A model generated the notes under the pieces. That model did no database searches. It was not told the DNA's origin and worked only from the letters and a program-made list of their open reading frames with translations. The position numbers and the translations under genes are program-made. From positions 77,144 to 141,143 of the IMG/VR virus record IMGVR_UViG_3300047160_005727: a stretch of DNA of 64,000 bases; one strand, written 5' to 3'. This DNA comes from a virus. Each line of letters opens with the position of its first letter. Position 1 is the first letter of the stretch. Shown here in pieces: positions 38,290-46,427 of the stretch.

Positions 38290-39008
38290 TCTACCCGTTC
38301 TCCATCCCGGCTCGCCGAACATGTCCGGGTAAGAGCCGCTTCTGTGCTGCGCTATGCTACGCCGACACCGGGTTCTTCGTGATGGAGAACGTCAAGCGCA
38401 AGCACATTGCTAACCTGAAGCGGACCCGCGAAGCCAGCTTCGTCGACGACGTCGTAGCCGAGATCAAGTCGCGATGCATCGCCGTCGCCCGCGTTCACAT
38501 GGCGGGTGACTTTTACTCGGCCGCCTACGGCTGGAAGTGGGTCTCGATCGTACGCCAGTGCCACCGCACCACGTTCCTCTGCTACACACGGAGCTGGACG
38601 CAGGATGCGATCATGCCGGCCCTGGCCAAGCTAGCTACCATGAAGAACATGCATCTGTGGTTCTCCACAGATCACCAGATGCCTGATGCCCCAGCTATCC
38701 CCGGGGTGCGGATCGCCTACCTGATGGCGCGAGACGAGGACCCATCCCAGGTTCCGCCCGGTCAGCACCTTGTCTTCCGCGATAATGAACACCCGCCCAT
38801 GAAGCGGGCCAACGGCGTGCTTGTTTGCCCTTATGAACAGGGCATCGACCGCCAGGTTAAGATCACGTGTTCGAGTTGTCGTATTTGTTGGACGCCAGAA
38901 AGGAAGAACCATGGCAACGAAGAAGAGAACCCGCGCAAGTCGCACTGCGAAGCCCTCCGTCGGCGCCTCCGCCAGCGGAAAGCCAAGCGAACCCGCCGGC
39001 CACGGTGA
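38226..39008 (+). CDS. Phage Gp88-like protein (radical-SAM-like Cys motif)
   Basis: 'FSIPA..TCPG....CAALCYA', 'RVHMAGDFYS', 'YTRSW', 'CP...TCSSCRICW'. Confidence 0.75.
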   Translation: MAQRRRPRLFGDPHIAKLGGLIYPFSIPARRTCPGKSRFCAALCYADTGFFVMENVKRKHIANLKRTREASFVDDVVAEIKSRCIAVARVHMAGDFYSAAYGWKWVSIVRQCHRTTFLCYTRSWTQDAIMPALAKLATMKNMHLWFSTDHQMPDAPAIPGVRIAYLMARDEDPSQVPPGQHLVFRDNEHPPMKRANGVLVCPYEQGIDRQVKITCSSCRICWTPERKNHGNEEENPRKSHCEALRRRLRQRKAKRTRRPR

Positions 39009-39669
39009 GGGTCACATCCCGCCGACCAATGGCACGGAGCTACTGCTGGCCGACTCGGCGGCTCCCAATACGCACATCCATCTCAACGTGGGCGTCAGCG
39101 ACCTGGTCAAGGTGCTCACGGTACACGCCAAGCAGCGGCTGCGGCCGCAGCTGGAAGCCAAGGTCGCCGAGATCAACCAGCTGGGCAACGAGATCCAGAC
39201 CAAAGGCGTTGAGCTGAATGCGTTGTTCGTCAACGCCGAGGTCGATCCCGAACTCACCAAGCGTTGCGAGGTGCTGCTTGAGGTGGCTGCGCAGCTGAAC
39301 ATCCGGCTCTCCTACGAGGTGACCAAGGTCAACTTCAGTCCAGAGACGTTGAAGTACACCATCAACATCCAGTTCCGTGGCGATATGCGCAGCAGCCACG
39401 TGGCTGGCATCGACAGCAACGATGAGGCCATCGAACTGCGCGACGGGATCGCCGAGCTACACGCTGCGCAGCACGTCTTGCGGCGGGAGGCCAAGGATCT
39501 GAGCGAGCAGCTCAAGCCGGAGAACCTCGACGAGAACATGCACTACGTCGTCACCAAGAACGAGCTGTATCAGACCGAGCTGGGCACCACCAAGCTCGAT
39601 GCGAACCTGGCGGCTGTCGATGGCTTGATCGACAAGGCGCTCGGGCTGAAGCAGCTCACTAAAAGCTGA
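38911..39669 (+). CDS. Coiled-coil hypothetical protein
   Basis: AAGGA RBS, ATG 38911. Confidence 0.65.
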   Translation: MATKKRTRASRTAKPSVGASASGKPSEPAGHGEGHIPPTNGTELLLADSAAPNTHIHLNVGVSDLVKVLTVHAKQRLRPQLEAKVAEINQLGNEIQTKGVELNALFVNAEVDPELTKRCEVLLEVAAQLNIRLSYEVTKVNFSPETLKYTINIQFRGDMRSSHVAGIDSNDEAIELRDGIAELHAAQHVLRREAKDLSEQLKPENLDENMHYVVTKNELYQTELGTTKLDANLAAVDGLIDKALGLKQLTKS

Positions 39670-39697
39670 CACGTAAAGCTGTCATCTATCTGTGAAG
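39659..39697 (+). promoter_or_regulatory. Putative phage promoter motif, copy 4
   Basis: CTAAA-N17-GTCATCTATCTGTGAAG. Confidence 0.55.
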
Positions 39698-39749
39698 GCT
39701 CAGTTGCGACTGAGCCATCCATCTTTTCTTTGACCAAGGAGGCTTTACA

Positions 39750-40520
39750 TTGGCCACGAAGTCCATAGCCGAGGTTGTTACGCCGCGTATCCCCGGGCCG
39801 ATCAAGGTAAACGATGCCGGGGCTCACGGACCGTTTGCTTTTGTCAGAGGCATGCACCGGCTGATGTTTGACGAAGACTCGTTCGTCATCGTGCTGCACG
39901 GGGCGTTCAACGCGTTCGGGTTGATCGGGCCCGAGCACAACGGGATCAGCATCGTCTGCGAGAACAACAGCCGGGAAGTCATCATGACCCACCACCGCGC
40001 TCCGTCGGGAGGTGGGAAAGTCACCGATGATCAGCGCCGCGAGTACGAGCGGATCTGTGGTATGAACCAAGACGAGTTCAAGGAGTTCGTCAACAGTCAT
40101 CCCAAGGTGCAATACAAGATCATGCTTCCCAAACTACGGCCGATCGTCAAACCGAAGCTAGGCTTCCAGTCTGCCGACTTCGCCGCTACCAAGTTCGCCA
40201 CGGCGACAGACAAGCGACTGTTCATCGAGGACCTGATCCAGTTCTTTTGCAACCATTGTGAACGTGATCAGTTCACCCGCCGTATCTACGACGGGTTGTA
40301 CCTGCATCTCGGACACATCGCCCACTACAACCTGCACCAGTTCTACAACACGTGGTTCGAGGAACCGGTCATGCGCGTCCAGTTCCTGGAGCATCACGAG
40401 AAGTACCCGGTACCTGGCGACTGGCGTGACGTCGCTGACGCATTCCAAGCGTGGATCATGGGCAAGGAAGGCCAGGCAGTCCTCAAACACTATCGAAAGG
40501 AAGCAGGGCATGAGTCGTAG
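39750..40520 (+). CDS. Hypothetical protein
   Basis: AAGGAGG RBS, TTG start. Confidence 0.7.
   Translation: MATKSIAEVVTPRIPGPIKVNDAGAHGPFAFVRGMHRLMFDEDSFVIVLHGAFNAFGLIGPEHNGISIVCENNSREVIMTHHRAPSGGGKVTDDQRREYERICGMNQDEFKEFVNSHPKVQYKIMLPKLRPIVKPKLGFQSADFAATKFATATDKRLFIEDLIQFFCNHCERDQFTRRIYDGLYLHLGHIAHYNLHQFYNTWFEEPVMRVQFLEHHEKYPVPGDWRDVADAFQAWIMGKEGQAVLKHYRKEAGHES
39777..39791. promoter_or_regulatory. 15-bp palindrome, copy 4
   Basis: GTTACGCCGCGTATC. Confidence 0.7.
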
Positions 40521-41712
40521 GCGTAGACGATACGGCGGCTCCGATCCTGACCTGCCAGCTGCGAAAGAGCTGGCAGGTCCGGTGGTCGGGGCCAAGATCC
40601 TGGGTGCTCGCTACCGCGAAGAGGGCTGCATCGCTCTGGGTCATGACTCGGAGCGGTGGCGGCTCACCGACGACATCAACGCGCTACTGGAAGATGATAG
40701 CCAGTTCATTGCTGGCGACTCACTTCAGGATATCAAGAACATACTCGAGATCAGGTTCCCGTCTCCGGTACCTGGCGTGAGCATGATCGAGATCTGTAGC
40801 AAGCACGACCTGAAACGGCACAACATGCCGTTCGGTGACGCGGTGATCAAGGCAGTCAGGAAGAACCCGCACTACAACGACTACCGCTACGGTGATAAGT
40901 ACATCGTGAGCTGGCTGCCTGATCCGATCGGGATCCTCACCGGGTTCTCCATGACCAACGATCTCTTGATCACCAAGGAAACCGAAGAGCATCTCCGCGA
41001 GGACGATGACTTCTACAGCTCGGACCTGGTGATCGGACGACGTGATAACTGGTACTCGATCGTCAAGTACCGTCCGACCAAGGCTGCGGCTCGCCGCAAG
41101 ACCAAGGTCACCATCAAGAAGAATGACGATCATGCTACGGCCCTGCTCGTGGCTGGCCGCGATCTGAGGGTTGCTGCCGGGCAGGCCCACAACTCGCTGC
41201 GCGACGAGCTGGATAGCCTGGGTGTGAACCTGGTCATCTCGCGAGCTGACTCACCGAAGCACGGCTACTACCACAGCACCACCTACGACGAGGGCTCGAC
41301 CTCGAACGTCAGGGACCTGCGTGCCATGCTAGTAGTTCATGCTGCTCTACGGGGCAAGCACGCCTATCGCTACAATGCGGAGTGGCTGAACTTCCTCCAG
41401 CTGATCAAGATCCGGCCCAAGGATCTTGACGATGACAAGTGGGGCAACTACCAGGACGTCAAGCCATGGCTCGAAGTCGAGTGCAAGCGCAAGCTGCTGA
41501 AGCCGACCAAGATCATGACTGACGCCAAGGAAGCTGCTGCGGCAGCTGAACTCAAGTCCCGGACCTGCGCTTCCTGCGGCGCGGTCAAGGACTATACCTA
41601 CGAGTTATTCACGCCCCCTGGAGAGCAAGTCCCCACGCTCTGTGAAAACTGCTGGGAGGCCAAGTTTGAAGTTCCTGATGAACAACTATCAGCCGATAGC
41701 TTGTCCGCCTGA
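40510..41712 (+). CDS. Hypothetical protein with C-terminal CxxC..CxxC
   Basis: AAGGA RBS; CASC, CENC. Confidence 0.65.
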   Translation: MSRRRRRYGGSDPDLPAAKELAGPVVGAKILGARYREEGCIALGHDSERWRLTDDINALLEDDSQFIAGDSLQDIKNILEIRFPSPVPGVSMIEICSKHDLKRHNMPFGDAVIKAVRKNPHYNDYRYGDKYIVSWLPDPIGILTGFSMTNDLLITKETEEHLREDDDFYSSDLVIGRRDNWYSIVKYRPTKAAARRKTKVTIKKNDDHATALLVAGRDLRVAAGQAHNSLRDELDSLGVNLVISRADSPKHGYYHSTTYDEGSTSNVRDLRAMLVVHAALRGKHAYRYNAEWLNFLQLIKIRPKDLDDDKWGNYQDVKPWLEVECKRKLLKPTKIMTDAKEAAAAAELKSRTCASCGAVKDYTYELFTPPGEQVPTLCENCWEAKFEVPDEQLSADSLSA

Positions 41713-42884
41713 TGAAGACCCGCCCCGTCCGTGGCCACCGCGGCAGACGGGCGGGCTCACAGGCTGCTTGTTCGGTTGTGTGCTCATGGCCGTCGTGTTG
41801 GCGGTCATCGTCTGGTTCCTGGTCGCCCTGATCAGGGCAATGAAAGGATAGCTATGGGTATCGCCAGGCACGGTCCTGAGTTCAGTCCGGTGTCTCGCGA
41901 AGATAAGGTCAACGAGTGGGCTGCGGCCATCCAGACTGGCCTCCGGCATCAGGGCGGTGATCCGGTCACTGATGCCGAGGCCCTTACTTACGCAGATCGG
42001 TTCTGGATAAACCTGGAACATCGCTGCGTATCAGTCAAGGCCATCATGAGGGTGCCCGGAGTCAAGGCTGTCGAGTTTGCTTTAGCTGTGGACGACAAGC
42101 TGGTTCTGCTTGTCAGTGCCGCCGAACCCGAGGAGGAACATGAAACCAAGGATAGCTGACAGGACCCTGGGCATCGGGCCCCACGATGCCCCGGAGTCGG
42201 TCTGTCGTCTCATTAACTGCACCATCAAGTTCAAGAATGGTGATAAGTGGGATCAAGCTGTCGTGGGCGCTCAGCTTGTGATCAACCACGCTGCCTTGCG
42301 GCTGCTGGTTCAGAAAGCCCATGACAACAAGTCGCGGAAGTCCAGCGACGGAGCGCTGACCGTGTATGCGCTTGGCCGCAAAGGGGCTACGCATGCCCCA
42401 TGAACCCGCTCTCAAACAAGGAGACGTCGTCGAGGTTTTCGGGTGGGTCATGCTCAGCAAGATCGAAGCTGGTCGCTACCGCATCAAGCGGGTCGAGGTT
42501 CACCACGGGTTGTTGACGTACGCTTTCGCCAAACCCAATGGCTCGAAGGTCATCATCAACCACTACTGCGACAGCGTAGATCCCTGGCTCCGTACGAGCC
42601 GTGATGATCCTGACCTCAACAAGATCGTCCGCGTTGTCATGAAGTCCAAGGGACAGCGCCTGCTCGCCGCAGGCGACTTGTGCCCGACTCCAGACTGCGG
42701 TCATGTCCTGATGATCGCTTCGCCTTCGGGCGGATATCTGGAGTGCCCCTCGGGGCATGTCCACGCAACGCGGATCCGCTGCCAGTCATCAGGCTGTCGG
42801 CGGCTCGCTACTTCGTTTCAGTTCTACGTTGGCTCGGGGCACAAGGCGACTTGTGCCGACCACGATGGCTGGCCGTTTCCGTAG
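41678..42884 (+). CDS. Four small coupled hypothetical genes (41678-41851, 41854-42159, 42140-42403, 42393-42884)
   Basis: Overlapping starts and stops with RBSs; the last is Cys/His-rich. Confidence 0.55.
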
Positions 42885-42885
42885 T

Positions 42886-43734
42886 TTACTTCCAGATCAT
42901 CTCGGGAAGTTCTTTGTTCTCTGCGAGAGCCGCGTAGAGTGCGAGGGTGTTCGAGTGCTCTTCGATGAGTGCCCGCTGCGTATAGAAAGCGAAGTGTGAG
43001 AACAGGGCTTCACCGCAGATCATCGATGGCCGTCGCACTGCTGCCGGCTTCTCGCAGGACAACCACAACTCTTCATCCCTCCCTACCGCTCCCTCGAACT
43101 CGGCGAAGTCTTTGCCCAGCCACGAGATGACGTTGATCGAGCACCGCTCGTAGCCCGAAAGCAGATGGTTGTCGAAGGTGTACCGGTACATCTCACCGGC
43201 GTTCAAGTGCTGGAAGAATAACTCATGGAAGATGCGGACGTTCGCGGGTTCCTTCCATGAGAATGGGCACTCGCAAATGTAGGTCAGGGGCCCGACGTCG
43301 AGTGGGATGGCGCCGTGTTCCCGGTGGAGGAAGTTGCAAATGCTGTTGTTGATGACGTTGCCGTGGATCAGGAATGGCTCGGGGTGAGCGACCCGGCAAG
43401 CGACGATCTTCTCGATGGCGTTGGAGGCCATCCAGATGATGTCGTCGTCGAGCCGAACATAGACTGTGTCAGGATCACAAGCGTGCTTGTAGAAGTTACA
43501 GATCGTGTAGCCGCTGAATGGCTCGGACGGCTTGGGTTCGTTGTAGCGCACCTCGTAGAAGTCAGGGAAGTCAGCCACGAGCTGTACCATGTACGCGATG
43601 TCATCCGCATCGGCGGTGTTCACCCACCAGACATGCTTGTTGATGACGTGCCGGTTACGCAGCAGGTGCTGGTGCATGATGTGCATGTACCTACGCCGGC
43701 CAGCCGGCGTTACTGTGACGACTCGGTGTCGCAT
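42886..43734 (-). CDS. Glycosyltransferase-like protein (GT-A fold)
   Basis: 'VTVTPAGRRRY' N-terminal strand, 'YVRLDDDIIW' DxD motif, late 'FSHFAF' His. Confidence 0.7.
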   Translation of the reverse strand: MRHRVVTVTPAGRRRYMHIMHQHLLRNRHVINKHVWWVNTADADDIAYMVQLVADFPDFYEVRYNEPKPSEPFSGYTICNFYKHACDPDTVYVRLDDDIIWMASNAIEKIVACRVAHPEPFLIHGNVINNSICNFLHREHGAIPLDVGPLTYICECPFSWKEPANVRIFHELFFQHLNAGEMYRYTFDNHLLSGYERCSINVISWLGKDFAEFEGAVGRDEELWLSCEKPAAVRRPSMICGEALFSHFAFYTQRALIEEHSNTLALYAALAENKELPEMIWK

Positions 43735-44393
43735 TTACACACCCACCAGGAATGATCGTGATATAAGACGTTCATCCCGCCTGATGTTCGCGCTGAAAAG
43801 TTCTTGACAGCATTGACAACTCCGGGCCAGAAGCGTTCATCGTAGTCATCGCCACACATGATGCCGCCGACTTCGAGCAGCTGCCAGTAGTTGTTCATGT
43901 CGCGCGTCACGTCCTCCTCGTCGTGCGATGCGTCGATGTAGATGAACTGCGCTGTGTACCCAAACCTGCGCAGGAGCCTGAAGCCGATGTCGCTCGTGGT
44001 TGGGAGTGGAATGATCGCGTCCCGATAGCCTTTGTGGATGACGTTTGCCAGGAAGTGGTGATAGGTCGTCGGATGACCATACTGCCGCCTCATGGTGGTC
44101 GACCAGTCGGGGCTGTCCGGAGCGGGCGGCCATGCTTCCAGCGAGCCCAGCCAGGTATCGACACAGATCATCTCGAATGGACGGCCCATTGCTTTCATGG
44201 CATCGGCCATGAAGAATGCCGAGTTTCCCAGCCAGGTACCGACCTCGATGATCCGCGATGGTGCGACGTTGTTTATAAGCCCGAGAGCTTGTTTGGGGAG
44301 GTTGAAAGCGGTGGCGTAGTGAAGAGGGTATTCCCATGACGGGAAGCCTTCGTATGGATCAGTCCCGAATAAGCGTTCCAGTAGTCGCGTCAT
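43710..44393 (-). CDS. Class I SAM-dependent methyltransferase (Methyltransf_24-like), copy 1
   Basis: 'IIEVGTWLGNSA', 'CVDTWLG', 'FIYIDASH', 'GGIMCGDDY'. Confidence 0.85.
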   Translation of the reverse strand: MTRLLERLFGTDPYEGFPSWEYPLHYATAFNLPKQALGLINNVAPSRIIEVGTWLGNSAFFMADAMKAMGRPFEMICVDTWLGSLEAWPPAPDSPDWSTTMRRQYGHPTTYHHFLANVIHKGYRDAIIPLPTTSDIGFRLLRRFGYTAQFIYIDASHDEEDVTRDMNNYWQLLEVGGIMCGDDYDERFWPGVVNAVKNFSARTSGGMNVLYHDHSWWVCKCDTESSQ

Positions 44394-45049
44394 GGTTTCC
44401 TGATCCACCAGGAACAGTCAGCGTTCGTGAACCCGAGCGGGCAGCCTGTCCGCTTCACGAGTTCATCAACTGCGGCGATGACTGCGGGCGTGGAAGAGTA
44501 GTCGTCGCCGCACAGGATACCACCTGGCTCAACCAACTCCCAGTAGTTGTTGACGTCCTGTGCTACATCGGCCTTGATATGCGAGCCATCGATAAAGATG
44601 AACTGCGCCGTGTAATTCAGGCCGGCCAGGATCTCGTAGGCGATAGCGCTGGTGGTCGGGAAGGGAACGATCTTATCTTGGAGCCCCTTCTTGATGACGT
44701 TTGCCAGGAACTGATAGTAGACCGTCGGGTAGCCATAGCGGGGTTTCAAGCCACGGCATTCGGGGATGACCTTGACGATCTCCGGCATCCACATCTCTTT
44801 CAAGCCGAGCCAGGTATCGACGCAGATCATCTCGAACTGGATGTCCATGGCCAACAGTCTGTCGGTCATGAAGAATGCTGAGTTGCCCTTCCAGGTACCG
44901 ACCTCGATGATCCGGGTCGGCCTGACCTCATGGACAAGATCAAGGGCGATCGCAGCCAGGTTGAAGCCGGCGTGATCCAGCTCGAGTAAGTCGGCCGGAA
45001 AGCCGTCGTACGGGTTTGTCTCGAAGAGCTGCTCAAGCATTCCCATCAT
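44390..45049 (-). CDS. Class I SAM-dependent methyltransferase (Methyltransf_24-like), copy 2
   Basis: 'IIEVGTWKGNSA', 'CVDTWLG', 'FIFIDGSH', 'GGILCGDDY'; start 45049. Confidence 0.85.
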   Translation of the reverse strand: MMGMLEQLFETNPYDGFPADLLELDHAGFNLAAIALDLVHEVRPTRIIEVGTWKGNSAFFMTDRLLAMDIQFEMICVDTWLGLKEMWMPEIVKVIPECRGLKPRYGYPTVYYQFLANVIKKGLQDKIVPFPTTSAIAYEILAGLNYTAQFIFIDGSHIKADVAQDVNNYWELVEPGGILCGDDYSSTPAVIAAVDELVKRTGCPLGFTNADCSWWIRKP

Positions 45050-45255
45050 CAGGCTCGCACAGAGCTGAGCAGCTCCCAGACACCAAAAGCTCGGCACAAA
45101 TACAGGACAACGATCAAGACCAGCAGGCCATAAGCCAGGGTGATGATCCACCGCGGATAGCTGAGCTTCGGCCCCAGAAACTTGTCGGCCAGGGCGATCA
45201 AACCCGCTGCAATGATAAACGCGACGACGACTAGCAGGACTTGAAGCAAACTCAC
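45049..45255 (-). CDS. Small two-TM membrane protein
   Basis: 68 aa, two hydrophobic helices, coupled on both sides. Confidence 0.65.
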   Translation of the reverse strand: MSLLQVLLVVVAFIIAAGLIALADKFLGPKLSYPRWIITLAYGLLVLIVVLYLCRAFGVWELLSSVRA

Positions 45256-46427
45256 AGAGCACCTCCCGATCGGTGAGCGGCAGCCAGCGTCAGCAGGTCG
45301 TGACTGGTGAGCCCTTCGCGGGCGCCGGCCTCTTTGGCGAACGTGCGTATGCCGACATCTTTACACAGCTCATCGAAGGCACGAGCATCACCCAGAGGCA
45401 GGGTCGGGATGATCTCGGCGGCCTTGGTGGCGTCGACGTGAATGCCATCGCCGTTGACGGCGTCGGCCAGTTCGTCGCCCATGTAACGCCGCACGTCCTT
45501 GGTCCGCAGTCGGGCCAGGTCGTCACGATCGTAGACCGCGCCTGTTGTGGTGTGCAAATGCTGTTCCGCCAGCGACGAAGCTGTCTTGCGAGTGATGACG
45601 AATAGCACATCCTCGGCGCGCGGTACCGTCGGGCTGTACTCGCGGATGTGCAGATGCCGATCCAGCTTGTCGATCGTCTCGGCAACTTTAGCCAGGCTGG
45701 TTGGTCGCCGCGACGTCTGGGGGTCTTTCATGATCAGCGCCGCCATCTTCATCAGCTCGTCGGCCAGGACCGGATCCTGGGAGCGAGCGATCGTGGCCCT
45801 GTCGGTGACGAGCTTGGCTGCCTGGGCCGCACTGCATCCGCCGAAGCCGGCGGTCCGCTCGAGAAACTCGTCGTGGTCACCCAAGGCAGCGCCATAGCGC
45901 GCAGCCTTCTGGAGTACCTTGCGCGCCATCAACTGGCGATCGGGGAAGGTGAACTCATCACGCCATTTGTGCAGATACTCAGCCGCGGTCTTGACCTCGA
46001 TCGCGTTGCGCAAAGGCAGGTGCCGCTCCTTGCCTTGTACCCAGGCAAAGTCGTCGTCGGTCAGCTTGGAGAGATCGTCTCTCGCCATGACCGCAGCCTT
46101 CTTCTTCAGGTCGGCGACCGGAGTCGCTATGCTCCAGTAGTCGGCTGCTTCCATGAGGCGGGCTTCGATCTTGGCCGCATCAAGTTTTGGCAGGGCCGCC
46201 TGCTTCTCGTAGAAGAAGCATGATGACAACCAGGTTGCAGCCTTGGTATGCATGGGGTAGCGTCGGTTGCGCTGGTCAGCGAACAGATGGGGCATAAGCC
46301 CATCCTGACCGCACAACTGATCAACGGAAGCGCTTTTGACAAACTCAGGTGCCTCATAGAGCTGGCAAATGCGATACTGCTCCTGCCCATTGAGGTCAAG
46401 CGTCTGATCAAGGATCGGCTGTGTCAC
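45252..46427 (-). CDS. KxA-motif-rich protein, candidate head/scaffold-associated protein
   Basis: GGAGG RBS, GTG 46427; internal repeat 'FA....R.YP.....A'; 12 of 24 Lys are in K-x-A. Confidence 0.5.
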   Translation of the reverse strand: MTQPILDQTLDLNGQEQYRICQLYEAPEFVKSASVDQLCGQDGLMPHLFADQRNRRYPMHTKAATWLSSCFFYEKQAALPKLDAAKIEARLMEAADYWSIATPVADLKKKAAVMARDDLSKLTDDDFAWVQGKERHLPLRNAIEVKTAAEYLHKWRDEFTFPDRQLMARKVLQKAARYGAALGDHDEFLERTAGFGGCSAAQAAKLVTDRATIARSQDPVLADELMKMAALIMKDPQTSRRPTSLAKVAETIDKLDRHLHIREYSPTVPRAEDVLFVITRKTASSLAEQHLHTTTGAVYDRDDLARLRTKDVRRYMGDELADAVNGDGIHVDATKAAEIIPTLPLGDARAFDELCKDVGIRTFAKEAGAREGLTSHDLLTLAAAHRSGGAL

